Position numbers and translations under genes: made by a program. A stretch of DNA of 56,902 bases from Pachysolen tannophilus NRRL Y-2460 (Eukaryota), in the NCBI GenBank assembly GCA_001661245.1, contig KV454011.1:2223271-2280172 (forward strand), read 5' to 3'. Under the pieces are notes generated by a model. It saw only the letters and a program-made list of their open reading frames with translations. It ran no database searches and had not been told where the DNA came from. This document shows, in pieces, positions 33,163-44,407 of the stretch (positions are counted from its first letter, which is position 1; each line of letters begins with the position of its first letter).

Positions 33163-36100
33163 ATGGATAATCAAAAATTTTCTAATTTACCCAAGGCAGG
33201 AAGTAGTAGTGGTGGTGGTGGTAATGGTGGTAGTGGTAGTGGTAGTGGTAGTTATCTGCATGGGAAACAACAAAGAGAAACTCAACATTCAGAACAGCCA
33301 CATAGTTATTCCATGGATAACTACATGGATAACTACATGGCAGAGGATTCATCTATAAATGAATCTGTACTGTCTTCATCGGTATCTACAAGTGGAATTT
33401 CAAATAAATCAAGTTTTTCTATAGCTTCTGCTTTTTTTAACAATCATGCTCCTCATTTGAATTTCCATTCAGGAAGGCATAACTATAACGATGATTTTGA
33501 TAATGATGATAATGCTCCAATTTCTCATAACATGGCTAGGCCTCTGTCACTGTCTCTGACGCTGTCACTGTCTCTGTCTCTGTCACTGAATCCAAGTTCT
33601 TTTGGTAATACCGGACGTATACACTCTTTTCATTCTCATTCACATCATCATATGCCCCATATCCCATTGTTCAAACGTTCTTCATCAATGATTAATGAAC
33701 ATCACAATTCAGATGAATCCTTATTTGCTGGAAATGGGTTGAGCGATGTGTTGGGCAGTGGTACTGGTTCAGGAAGTTCTAGAGGCTCAAAAGGTTCATC
33801 AGAAAGGGCGAAACAAACACTGCACCATCGTACTGGTGGTGCTGGTGGTCGTTTTTTCAAAAATTTGAAAAAATCTCATACAAGTGTTTCACCATCAGGT
33901 TCACAATACCCTTCTTCACTGTCAACTAGTGATGATGAGTTTAAAACAATAAGATTTAAAAATCAAAGTGGTTCATCAGTTTCAATTCCATCATCAGAAA
34001 GTACACCTTTATCAAATACTCCAATTATTGGGACAGATATTCAACCTCAAACTCCACATAATTCTCGTATATCCACAAAAATTCCTTCATCTGTAAATGT
34101 AGCTGCATCATCATCAGTAGAATTAAATAATGAAGTGAAAAAAGAACAAGAAGTATTATTCAATTTATATAAATTTTTCATAAAATTTCAAAAAAATTCA
34201 AAAGAAACTGATTTATTAGATTATGCTTCTTTTAGACTTGAAGCTTGGAGTGATTTTTTATTAACAATTTTACAACTGAAAAAAAATTCATTAATACAAG
34301 AAAAAATTACAAGAAATAATGAATTAAAATTTTTTAAAGATCAAAAATCTAGTGACGAAGGAAGTTTAAATTCAGATTATTCAAATTCAACTTCTGTTTT
34401 TAATCAAGACCCTGAATTAATACAAATCCCAACTATAATAACTTCAAATAGTACTGCTGCTTTAACACTAACAGCATCAAACAAGGAACCAAATGATTTG
34501 GATTCAATCCCAGAAAGTTTTGCAGGATCAGATGACAAGAAAACTCAAAATACACAACTGTCATCAACTGCAACTGCTACTTCATCATTAGCATCTGCAC
34601 TGCAAACTAATGATAATATTGACCCTGATATATTGAGATATTATCTAGTTCAACTTTGGCATATGCAAATTTGGAAAAAATTATTTAATTCAAATTCATT
34701 TGTTACTAGAGATATTTTGAAAAAATCAAAATTATCAAATGATCATGGTGATCACCAAATTTGTCTATTACAAAAACAAGTACCTTATGGTGACCTTAGT
34801 AAAAATAATGAATTCAGTTGGTTATGGAGTTGGCAATTGGCTTATGACGAAAAGGAAAGTGTCATCAACACTATTTCTTTAAGACATGATGAACCATCAA
34901 AAGTAATTGTGGATCGAAATAATAATGCAATATCTGATTCTAGAGGTCAAAATCTTAAATCAATAAATCTGGAATTTATGAATTCAAAAGAGACCCATCC
35001 ATTTTTATCATTATTACAAACTAAATTAAAAGGTTCTAATTATTTAAAAAATTATTCAATTTTCACAACTCCTAGTTATCTGAATTTGCCAATAAAATCA
35101 AATTCTCAAAATATTTTACTTTCATATGACATGTTTTTATCAGTAAAGAAACATGAATGGTTACAAACTTTAAAAGATTGTCATAGAGTTTTGAAAGTAG
35201 GTGGTTATATCCAATTATACATAATGGATATAGAAGTCATTTATTCAAATTTAAATAACAAAAGAGAACATTTTGAATTCACTGGATCTGCCTCAAATTC
35301 TCCATCAGAAAATCCAGGTATTAAGATTTATGAATTACTTCAAAAACTTGCAAAAAAGGATAATTATGAAATTCGTCCAAGTTCTAAGATAATGCAATGG
35401 TTAAAAATTTGTGGATTTAAAGATATCAAATATTCAATTGTTTGTGTTCCTAGAGTTGGTACACCATTGAGTAAACATGATTTTTCCAGATGCAATAGTC
35501 AAAATAATGAAAACGTTGACTTGAAAGGACAGGAACCTTTAAATACCAATAACACTGAGTCAACCATGGCAGCTACCACAGAAACTCCAACTAGTACTCC
35601 CACTGCAATGGTTGCTGCAGAACAAAATTCAATTTCAGCTGGGTTTTCAACTTTAGATACTGTTCCTTCGACTTCTATACATCCCGACTCAAACTATAAT
35701 TATTCAACTCCTCCATCTCCAGCAGAATGTTCGAATAATGAACAACACGCTTCCGGTCTTCGCAAATCTTCAATTTTTACAGATTCGACAATTTCAGATC
35801 ATAATTCATTACAATCAATTAATCAATCTTTAGCTGAATCTTCAAATTCATCAATTAATTTGTCTAATAGAAATAATAGTATACCTGTGACTGGTTTTAA
35901 CTCAGAGGAAAATCATACAGATAATGCTGAAAGTAGTACGGACTCTAAAGTATCAGATTCAAAATCTCATATTACAAAAGATGAACGGTTTGATGATTTG
36001 ATGGGATTTTGTTCTAGTTCTGTGGAATACATAATTGCAAACTCTTTTATTGGTTTAACTCCTGAAACTAAATTTTCTAATCATCCAGTAGGTAATATAA

Positions 36101-36255
36101 ATAACAGAAATGTTTTAAATAAGGAAAAAGAAAAGGATTCAGATGAAGAAATCCTAATGAACTATCTTGATTACAGAATTAATGGAGATGGCACAACCAC
36201 AAAACATTTTGATGAAGGAAGTTGGTCTTTTATGATGCTTACGGCTACAAAATGA
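33163..36255 (+). CDS. Large Ser-rich protein with a possible degenerate class I methyltransferase-like domain
   Basis: Long open frame from ATG at 33163; WLQTLKDCHRVLKVGGYIQLYIMD resembles the MTase RxLKPGG motif; no clear GxGxG motif. Confidence 0.6.
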   Translation: MDNQKFSNLPKAGSSSGGGGNGGSGSGSGSYLHGKQQRETQHSEQPHSYSMDNYMDNYMAEDSSINESVLSSSVSTSGISNKSSFSIASAFFNNHAPHLNFHSGRHNYNDDFDNDDNAPISHNMARPLSLSLTLSLSLSLSLNPSSFGNTGRIHSFHSHSHHHMPHIPLFKRSSSMINEHHNSDESLFAGNGLSDVLGSGTGSGSSRGSKGSSERAKQTLHHRTGGAGGRFFKNLKKSHTSVSPSGSQYPSSLSTSDDEFKTIRFKNQSGSSVSIPSSESTPLSNTPIIGTDIQPQTPHNSRISTKIPSSVNVAASSSVELNNEVKKEQEVLFNLYKFFIKFQKNSKETDLLDYASFRLEAWSDFLLTILQLKKNSLIQEKITRNNELKFFKDQKSSDEGSLNSDYSNSTSVFNQDPELIQIPTIITSNSTAALTLTASNKEPNDLDSIPESFAGSDDKKTQNTQLSSTATATSSLASALQTNDNIDPDILRYYLVQLWHMQIWKKLFNSNSFVTRDILKKSKLSNDHGDHQICLLQKQVPYGDLSKNNEFSWLWSWQLAYDEKESVINTISLRHDEPSKVIVDRNNNAISDSRGQNLKSINLEFMNSKETHPFLSLLQTKLKGSNYLKNYSIFTTPSYLNLPIKSNSQNILLSYDMFLSVKKHEWLQTLKDCHRVLKVGGYIQLYIMDIEVIYSNLNNKREHFEFTGSASNSPSENPGIKIYELLQKLAKKDNYEIRPSSKIMQWLKICGFKDIKYSIVCVPRVGTPLSKHDFSRCNSQNNENVDLKGQEPLNTNNTESTMAATTETPTSTPTAMVAAEQNSISAGFSTLDTVPSTSIHPDSNYNYSTPPSPAECSNNEQHASGLRKSSIFTDSTISDHNSLQSINQSLAESSNSSINLSNRNNSIPVTGFNSEENHTDNAESSTDSKVSDSKSHITKDERFDDLMGFCSSSVEYIIANSFIGLTPETKFSNHPVGNINNRNVLNKEKEKDSDEEILMNYLDYRINGDGTTTKHFDEGSWSFMMLTATK

Positions 36256-36512
36256 AATTCAATTTCTTTTTAATTTTTTTTCCCCCTCTCTATTTATTAT
36301 TATTTATTCATTTTAATTTTTCAATTAGCTTTCTCTTTTGTTTTTTTGCCTATTTTATTGTTATCTTCAAAAGCATTTATCGAAAAGTCATCTTTTAATC
36401 TATTTATTTCGTTTTAATGAGAAATGACCAAAAAGCCATACTTTTTTAACTTCCTTGATGTATTTATGTACGTTTATTGTTTTTTTCTTTGTTTTTTATG
36501 TAAAGTTTTGAC

Positions 36513-36550
36513 GCCGCACTTTTCAAACATATTCAGATGAGCCGCAGTTT
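36513..36550 (-). promoter_or_regulatory. Two Met31/Met32-like sites upstream of the sulfonate dioxygenase
   Basis: Minus strand AAACTGCGGC (36541-36550) and AAAGTGCGGC (36513-36522), compared with consensus AAACTGTGGC. Confidence 0.45.
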
Positions 36551-36915
36551 TTTTTGAACCATTGCACATGTATCTCACTCACCGAACCACGATAAGATAA
36601 AATCTATTTTGAACAAAGGAGAATTTTTTAAAGTCTTGGAGTCCCTCAGTAGATGATGAATAATTTTATATATATATATGGATCTCTGCTTTTTTTGAAA
36701 TCTTAAGAATAAACGGAAACTTGCTATTTAGTTTCCGTTAAATCATTAATCTTTCTTTAACTTCTACCACACTTTTCATGATATCTAATTAGTAATTAAT
36801 AAATAATTTTTCAGCATTAAGCATCTTATTTAAGAGAGATTATATCTCTATGTTTTGTAGAAAGTTTTATCTTTATCTTTGTATTAAGAAACCCCCAGTG
36901 AATTGATTTTCCAAC

Positions 36916-38163
36916 ATGGCAACTTTAACTTTTACAGCTACTGGTTCTCAACCAGAAAGACAATTATCTCAAGAAGAACAAATTGAACAAATCATTAGAA
37001 ATACAGAGAGTGTTAGTATCGGTACTAAATCCAGTGCAGTAGCAGGTCCAGATCCAGAAGGCACAAAAAATTTACCAGAAACTACTCGTAAGAGATTTGA
37101 GAAATATGGGGTTGATATTTCTAAAGGTTATCCTACAAGACCTGATAAGAACTCTATTCCAGTCTATGTTGATGAAGCTTTTGCTATCAGAAATGAAGAT
37201 TACAATTTTGTAGATAGAGGTAAATTTGCAGACCCAGAAAAGAAAGCTTTATTTGGTGCAGCAAAAGAAGTTAAACATTTAACTAAACATATTGGAACAG
37301 AAATTGTTGGTTTGCAATTACAAGATTTAAATGATAAGCAAAAGGATGAATTGGCACTCTTAATTGCAGAAAGAATTGTTGTTTTCTTTAGAGATCAAGA
37401 CTTATCTCCTCAAAAACAATTAGAATTAGGTCATTATTGGGGACAGGTTGAAGTTCATGCACAGACTTCACAAGTTCCGGGTCTTCCTGGTATTACCGTT
37501 ATTTGGGGTGATTATATGAAAAAACATGGATTACCAATTCGTTATAAAAATGCGAAGATTGGAACAAATCAATGGCACACAGATTTGGTTCATGAACATC
37601 AACCTGCAGGTATCACCCATTTGCATAATGATGCTATTCCTGATGTTGGTGGTGATACCCAATGGTCATCGGGATATGCAGCTTATGACAAATTGTCCCC
37701 AGCATTGCAAAAATTCTTAGACGGTAAAAAAGCTGTTTATGTTTCTGCACATTCGTATCTTGACAGAAATGATCCATTTAGTGGCCCAAAGAAGATTGAA
37801 AGAATTCATCCTTTAGTTAGAACTCATCCAGTTACAGGTTGGAAATCATTATTCATTAATAAACCAATGACTAAAAGAATTGTTGGTTTAGAACCTGCAG
37901 AATCTGATCTTATCTTGGACTATTTGTGTAAAGTCTTTGAAAGCAATTTAGATATTCAAGTTAGATTCAATTGGAAGCCAAGTAAACCAGGATTAGGTAC
38001 TTCAGCTCTTTGGGATAACAGAGTTTCTCAGCATTCTTCTGTTTGGGATCATGAAGGTAAAGAACCAAGGCATGGTACAAGAGTTACTTCCTTGGCTGAA
38101 ATTCCATTTTTCGATCCTAACTCTTCATCTCAACGTGAGGCTTTGGGTTTATCATTGGATTAA
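36916..38163 (+). CDS. TauD-family alpha-ketoglutarate-dependent sulfonate/taurine dioxygenase (Jlp1-like)
   Basis: IGTEIVGLQL, VVFFRDQD, WHTD iron motif, GGDTQW, HPLVRTHPVTGWKSLF, WDNRVSQH. Confidence 0.9.
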   Translation: MATLTFTATGSQPERQLSQEEQIEQIIRNTESVSIGTKSSAVAGPDPEGTKNLPETTRKRFEKYGVDISKGYPTRPDKNSIPVYVDEAFAIRNEDYNFVDRGKFADPEKKALFGAAKEVKHLTKHIGTEIVGLQLQDLNDKQKDELALLIAERIVVFFRDQDLSPQKQLELGHYWGQVEVHAQTSQVPGLPGITVIWGDYMKKHGLPIRYKNAKIGTNQWHTDLVHEHQPAGITHLHNDAIPDVGGDTQWSSGYAAYDKLSPALQKFLDGKKAVYVSAHSYLDRNDPFSGPKKIERIHPLVRTHPVTGWKSLFINKPMTKRIVGLEPAESDLILDYLCKVFESNLDIQVRFNWKPSKPGLGTSALWDNRVSQHSSVWDHEGKEPRHGTRVTSLAEIPFFDPNSSSQREALGLSLD

Positions 38164-38303
38164 TGATTTCAGTTATGACTTTTTTTTATTTTTTTTTCAT
38201 TAGTATATTATATATATAGTATCGATAAATTGAATGAATTGTTTATTTTCAATTATTAAATTTTCAAATTAAATCTTAATATCTATTAACTAACTATATA
38301 CTA

Positions 38304-39563
38304 TTATAAATTACTCCACCTATATTCCTTAAAGATAAATTTTTGCTTCCCAAAATCGTCATAACCTCTCTCAATTTCAAATTGAACTTCATGCAAACCA
38401 ATGTCACTTGCCATCTTCCATAACATTTCCCTTTCTTCTTCAAAATTTGTCCTTATCGGTATTTGCAACAATACTCTTGAAATTTCTGTTTTCTTCAAAA
38501 AAATTTCAATCATATTTATCACCCATTGTGGATGCTTAGATGAATAAATTGGATCTGATAAAATTAAAGTATTAAACATGTCAGAGTTTTGTCCATATTT
38601 TTGCTTTAATAAATCTTGAAAATGTTTACTATTTGACCAATCCAAGGCTTCCACAATACAATTACTGGAGATATCGTTAAGTTGAATGTTATAACTTAAA
38701 TTTTCTATTATTTCAGGTAAATCTGTCAGAAATATATTTTCATACCCCAATAAAGCACAAGTGATTCCTACTAATCCAGTACCTGCTCCTAACTCCAATA
38801 TGGGTTCAAATAATAAATTCTGATGATTTGAAACTAGACGTTGTGATAACATTAATGAAGACCCCCATGTTTTTAAGCCCAAATTATCCGAAGTTAATGA
38901 GGGTTCTTTTAATTGAATATAATTTTTACCAGTTTTTTCTGGAAACCCTTTCATCACTATTTTCCTTATAATCTCTGGTTGTGCAGTACGCCCACAATTC
39001 TCAGACAATCTTAAACTGGCTTCTTTCCAAATCTTTTCCTTAAGAAGATCATCTGGTATCCAATCTAAACTTGAAGAGATTATATTTGTCAAATAGTGAT
39101 TAAGATTTTCTGGATTTAAATTTTCAAAAATTAAAGCCAATTTTTTACCTGGAAGCAACGTTGGGGCATTATTCTCAAACCAAGGTAAGCATCTTGAAAA
39201 CTCTTGGTGGTCTATTTCTCTCGATTTTAATTTTGAACTTATAATTTCTTCATCATTGATAATTAAAGTTTTAGTTTCTGTCTCCACCAAGGTACCACCA
39301 AAGTTCATTATTGGATCAGGAGCCAATAATTTCAATAACAACATGATTATCTCACCTGGAAAATTACGTGAAATTGGTGGTAAATCGAGAACATGGACCA
39401 GTAAATCATGAACCAGTAAATCACCCATCAGTAAATCACCCAAATTTTGTAATTGTTCGTCTTTGGTATCAGAAATTAGCGCTATATCATTTCCAACATC
39501 TTCACTTATAGTGATTTTTTGCTTAGATATAAAGTCCAAAGGATCAAAACTATCCTCCTCCAT
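38304..39563 (-). CDS. EFM2: Protein-lysine N-methyltransferase (Methyltransf_16 family)
   Basis: FDPLD start, ASLRLSENCGRTA, EPSLTSDNLGLKTWGSS, LELGAGTGLVG, SDPIY. ATG at 39563. Confidence 0.85.
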   Translation of the reverse strand: MEEDSFDPLDFISKQKITISEDVGNDIALISDTKDEQLQNLGDLLMGDLLVHDLLVHVLDLPPISRNFPGEIIMLLLKLLAPDPIMNFGGTLVETETKTLIINDEEIISSKLKSREIDHQEFSRCLPWFENNAPTLLPGKKLALIFENLNPENLNHYLTNIISSSLDWIPDDLLKEKIWKEASLRLSENCGRTAQPEIIRKIVMKGFPEKTGKNYIQLKEPSLTSDNLGLKTWGSSLMLSQRLVSNHQNLLFEPILELGAGTGLVGITCALLGYENIFLTDLPEIIENLSYNIQLNDISSNCIVEALDWSNSKHFQDLLKQKYGQNSDMFNTLILSDPIYSSKHPQWVINMIEIFLKKTEISRVLLQIPIRTNFEEEREMLWKMASDIGLHEVQFEIERGYDDFGKQKFIFKEYRWSNL

Positions 39564-39651
39564 TAGAGTTCTCCTCAATCTTCAAAACCCTTGAGCTGGC
39601 TATTTCTTTCCTATATCTTGTTCACTTTCTTTTATAGATTAGATCTTTAAC

Positions 39652-39710
39652 TGAAAAATTTTTCTAAAATTCAAAATTTAACGTGCATACATACATTACT
39701 CTCAACGCGT
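39652..39710. promoter_or_regulatory. RRPE (39652-39663) and MCB (39705-39710) elements in the EFM2/PSF2 divergent promoter
   Basis: TGAAAAATTTTT lies near EFM2; ACGCGT lies about 90 bp upstream of the replication gene PSF2. Confidence 0.55.
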
Positions 39711-39798
39711 TTGTCTTTCATATAGAATGAGATTAAAGATTAAAGATTAAAGATCGATGATATAGGAGTTATCAACGTATAGGAGGATATAGAAGATA

Positions 39799-40495
39799 AT
39801 GGCATTACCTAGTAGATTGCAGAAGTCTTTGACTCTGTCAGAAATCAACTTTATAGCTGAAAATGAACCTATCAAAATATTACCAAGGTATACTATGGAA
39901 GGTTTCCAACTTATAGGAGTATGTTAATAATGATATTGTTCTTTTGACATTGATTGTTACTTACTAACCAGGAATGTTTTTTTTTTTTTTTTTGCTTTTT
40001 ATATAGACTCGATTGCCACCATTGAAAGCTATGAAACGAGAGGAGATACCGTTATGGTTACTGTTAATATTGAAGAGTCAGGATAGGTGTAATATAATAA
40101 CACCTGATTGGCTCACGGTGAAAAATTTACATAAAGCATATGAAGAAGAAGTGGAGTTCCCAACAAAGTTTAGTAACTTGCCGTGGCATTGGATAGAGAT
40201 TTCCAAGATGCTTTTGGATAAGGCTTCAGATGATTTAGTGGATCCTCCACATCAATTACGATCATTAATTCAAGATCTTTTAGAAGTTAGATTAACAAAG
40301 ACAAGGCAAGGTATTAAAGAGTTGAATGTTTCATATATACAGTTGGATAACTTATCAATGACTGAAATATCCACATTGAAACCCTTTTGTATCCAGGTTA
40401 TGGATCAGTTGGTTGCTCTTCACGAAGCAGGTACTGATGGAGATGAAGGTCAAGCCCAAGTGGCAGAAGATGAAGACTACGAAGAAGACGACTGA
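39799..40495 (+). CDS. PSF2: GINS complex subunit 2; exons 39799-39918 and 40007-40495
   Basis: MALPSRLQ...EINFIAENEPIKILPR, IPLWL, CNIITPDWL, FSNLPWHWIEIS, LRSLIQDL. Confidence 0.93.
39919..40006 (+). other. Spliceosomal intron of PSF2
   Basis: GTATGT donor, TACTAAC at 39962, TAG acceptor; phase 0 and in frame. Confidence 0.92.
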
Positions 40496-40776
40496 AAACT
40501 TATCTTCACATAAAAATATATATATATATATATTCAACTATATAGATTTATCCTTTTTTTACCTCGTCATTGTAATAGAATTAATCAAAAACTATAATCT
40601 AATCTATTGTCTTTGTTAATTTCTATTAATGTTTATAAACTAGTAGTGCTAATTGGTGTTCTTCCAATTTAAGTAATAATAATTTTTCACAACTGGGTGG
40701 TGATAGGTGACTAAATTATTATAAATTTATTTTATAAATAAAGAAACTGGTATTCAGTTCAGCTTCTAGTTCAAGG

Positions 40777-42702
40777 ATGATTATATTCAAGGGGATAGAA
40801 CCGAGATTTTTCAGGATTTGGTATGGTGGTTGCCGTCGTCTGTTTGGAATTTCCAAAAATATTCATAATTTTAGATCAAATTTGGAGAAAAGTAAGCAAA
40901 CTACAAATGAAAGAAGAGAACTTATATTGTCGATATTGAAATCTACTTCTGGTAAAAGAGAAGCGAGAAATTATTTGAAAAAATATTCATTGTTAAGAAA
41001 TGTTGATGAAGATGGTGGACTTTTAGATTCCAAGATAACTTATGGTAAAGTTAGCGATTTTGAGAATTTTCCCAATGATAACGAGATTTCAAATAATAAT
41101 GGTAATAAGAAGAATAAATACGATAAAATAGTGGATAACTTGATAAATATTGATATAGAGCGTAAAGATCAACAAAATGGATTTGGGAAACAAGATAATT
41201 CAATTACTCATGTTAAAATTGAAGAGACTAGTGATCAAATTGAATTGAATGATATTTTAAGAGTTGCAATTATCAAGATTAGAGATTTTGAAAAACTTTC
41301 TCAAGAAATAATTAATGGTATTTGTTTAACGATATATAATATTGTGAGATTAGGAGTAAGTCCAATTATTGTAATTGATAATTCAACGGAAAATTCAAAT
41401 TCATTATCTACATCACCTAATTTTTCTCAATCAGTTAAAAAAATTCTGGAACAATCAAATTTATTGGTGAAATCAATTGAATCTTTAGCTAAATCTGAAA
41501 ATCATAGTCTTGAAGCACGGTCAATTTTTGGATTATTTGAAATTGATACAACTAAAGATATTAAAAAAATTGTATTACCAGAATTATTAGTGGTTCCATT
41601 AACACAAGGTATCATCCCAATTGTTAATGCAGTTGCTTATAATTTGAAAAATTCAACAAATACTATATTATCCATGGATGATGTATTGAAAATATTAGTT
41701 AAAGATTTAATTCAAGTTAATAATAAAGTAAAAGAAAGTAATAATGATGGCTCTGATTTTTTAACAATTGAAAAAATAATATTTATTGACCCTGAAGGAG
41801 GTATACCTTCTATTGAAAGGTTTAAATCTTCTCATGTTTATATTAATTTATTACAAGAATATGAATCTATTATTTCCGAATTGAATAATGGATTTTTGCA
41901 AGAAAATCATAAAAAAATTCATTTAAATAATTTAAACATTATTAAAGAATTGCTTGATATATCAACTGAATCAACTACTGGTTTGATTACTACACCCAGG
42001 ATTGCTACATTAAAAGTTGGAACAAAATTTACTAATCCTATTATTCATAACGTTTTAACAGATAGACCAATTATTTCTTCATCATTACCTGTAAATTTGA
42101 AGAAAACTCCATTATTAAATACTACTATTATTCGGAAAGGTTTACCTTTAAAAATTATTGTACCTCAATCTAATATTGAAGAAGGAATTGATTTACTTGA
42201 ATATGATAAAAGAGGAATTATTGATTTAAAAAAATTAAAGTCATTAGTTAATGATTCTTTTCAAAGAGAATTAGATTTGAAACATTATTTGAATAGAATT
42301 AATGGTAAAGTTGCTTCATTAATAATAGCTGGTGATTATGATGGAGCTGCTATTATTACCTTAGAATCACCTTCATTTAATGAAAAAATGAAAATACCCT
42401 ATTTGGATAAATTTGCAGTTTCTACAAAATCTCAAGGATCAAGTGGAGTTGCTGATATTGTTTTTAAATGTATGTTAAATAAGTATCCTCAAGAATTGCT
42501 ATGGAGATCAAAAAAGAAAAATCCAGTTAATAAATGGTATTTTGAAAGAAGTAAAGGTAATTTAAACATTGAAAATTCTGAATGGAAGGTTTTTTATAGT
42601 GGCAATAAGACAAGATCAATTGAAGACTTTAAAGCCTATTTTGATATCTGTGAAAATATAGAACCAAGTTGGTTAAATAAAGAGCTAAATACTGTAAGAT
42701 AG
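40777..42702 (+). CDS. ARG2: Mitochondrial N-acetylglutamate synthase
   Basis: ILSILKSTSGKREARNYL, IDPEGGIPSIER, IIHNVLTDRPIISSSLP, YLDKFAV, NPVNKWYFERS. Confidence 0.92.
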   Translation: MIIFKGIEPRFFRIWYGGCRRLFGISKNIHNFRSNLEKSKQTTNERRELILSILKSTSGKREARNYLKKYSLLRNVDEDGGLLDSKITYGKVSDFENFPNDNEISNNNGNKKNKYDKIVDNLINIDIERKDQQNGFGKQDNSITHVKIEETSDQIELNDILRVAIIKIRDFEKLSQEIINGICLTIYNIVRLGVSPIIVIDNSTENSNSLSTSPNFSQSVKKILEQSNLLVKSIESLAKSENHSLEARSIFGLFEIDTTKDIKKIVLPELLVVPLTQGIIPIVNAVAYNLKNSTNTILSMDDVLKILVKDLIQVNNKVKESNNDGSDFLTIEKIIFIDPEGGIPSIERFKSSHVYINLLQEYESIISELNNGFLQENHKKIHLNNLNIIKELLDISTESTTGLITTPRIATLKVGTKFTNPIIHNVLTDRPIISSSLPVNLKKTPLLNTTIIRKGLPLKIIVPQSNIEEGIDLLEYDKRGIIDLKKLKSLVNDSFQRELDLKHYLNRINGKVASLIIAGDYDGAAIITLESPSFNEKMKIPYLDKFAVSTKSQGSSGVADIVFKCMLNKYPQELLWRSKKKNPVNKWYFERSKGNLNIENSEWKVFYSGNKTRSIEDFKAYFDICENIEPSWLNKELNTVR

Positions 42703-43837
42703 ACACTATATAATTTAAGAAGAAGTATTTATTATAATGACTAAATTAGTGGTATTAAACATTGTACAAATAATTATGTCCCCATTCTGGAACAATTTTG
42801 TCAAATCCGGGGTAAAACTTGAAAAATAGATCATCGTGCGGCTCATTGCTTAAAAGACTATTGCTTAAAAAGACCAAGACAACGTCGCAATTCAACGAAG
42901 GAACAGACAGTTTTTTTGGTTTAGCATGAAAGAGAAAGACACTATTAACTAAATCATTCTATTGCTATGATTTTTTTAATTCTTTGCTTTTCGTAGAAGA
43001 ATCAATAAATAATTTTGTTTATAGAAAAAAAAAAAAAGGTATAATATTTGATATTCTTTTCTTTTGTACAAAATGAGTAACGTGGTCACCTGGTGCAATT
43101 TAAATTAATTGATTTAAACTCCGAATATCGAATAGATAGTTAAATGACATATGTTGATTTATTTTTAGAGAAACTCATTTTCGTCATAGTGCTTACATTT
43201 TTTTAGGTTCAAGCCGTAATGGTTGCCTCTCCTCTTTTGAAATTGCTGTATTACAAACAATAATAATTTCATACATGATCTAGAATTATTGACAATTATA
43301 GTTGTAAGATGGTTGAAAAAAGTTCGAAAAAAATCGATGAATTCAGTTGTTTGTAATTTTATTTTTTTTATTATCACCTGGTATTTTTTCTTAATCTCTT
43401 TAAGCTTGTCGTTAAAAAAAAAAGTAGATTAGTTGGTTAAAAGTAAACAAGAGCAAATCAAATTAAGAGTTTAATATTTTTGAACTGCCTTCGCAACCAA
43501 ACCCAAAAATAATTTTATTCAAAGTTTCGGGACTTGGTCAGAAAATAAAAAATAAAAAATGAAAGAGTCAATCATTTTTAGGAAACCGTAACAGAATAGC
43601 TACGAGGTAACGAGGGTCGAGGTTTAATTATTGAGGGGCCAATACCAATGCGAATCATCTTTTAATCATTTTACTGAAGGAAGCAAGTTAAATTAATATT
43701 CAACATGAGGCCAGAAGCCAAGTATAGAATCATTTTTAAATTATCTATAAATACAGGTATAATTTACAAACAACTATCCAAATAATTACAAATAATAAAT
43801 ATTAATATTAATATTAATCAATAATTTCAATTCAAAA

Positions 43838-44407
43838 ATGTCAAATTTAATGGATAAAATCTCAAACAAATTAGGTGGTAACGACAGCCAAAAAACGTCC
43901 AGCCAACAGGACTCTTACGATGGTCCTTCATCAAAGACAAGAAGTCAAGGGATGAGAGGTGGTCAACAAGATCAAACCTACTCTACTCAAAATGATGGTT
44001 TTATGGATAATCAACAAGGTGGTTACAGTGACCAAAGTGGTTACGGTCAACAAGGTGGTTATGGTCAACAGAGCGGTGGTTATGGCCAACAATCTGGCTT
44101 TGACCAAACATCTGGTGGTGGTGGTGGCTACGCCCAACAATCGGGCAGTGGAAACACTTACGGCAACCAATCCAGTGGTGGCCGCAACCAGTATGGCCAA
44201 AGTGGTGGCAGCGGTGGTGGTTATGGTAACCAATTTGATGACGATCTTTCCAGCGGCCAGCAGCAAAGTGGTAGCGGTATGGGTGGCATGGGTGGTCGTT
44301 CTTCTGGTCGCCAGCAAGGAAAGCAATCGTATGGTCTTCCACCAGAAGCTCAACAATACGCCAAACAAGGCATTGACGAAGCTAGCCAACGATTTGGTAA
44401 CAACTGA
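43838..44407 (+). CDS. Gly/Gln/Ser-rich hydrophilin-like, prion-like low-complexity protein
   Basis: ATG in good AAAATG context; QQGGY/GQQSGGY repeats; TATAAA at 43746 and STRE AGGGG at 43634. Confidence 0.75.
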   Translation: MSNLMDKISNKLGGNDSQKTSSQQDSYDGPSSKTRSQGMRGGQQDQTYSTQNDGFMDNQQGGYSDQSGYGQQGGYGQQSGGYGQQSGFDQTSGGGGGYAQQSGSGNTYGNQSSGGRNQYGQSGGSGGGYGNQFDDDLSSGQQQSGSGMGGMGGRSSGRQQGKQSYGLPPEAQQYAKQGIDEASQRFGNN

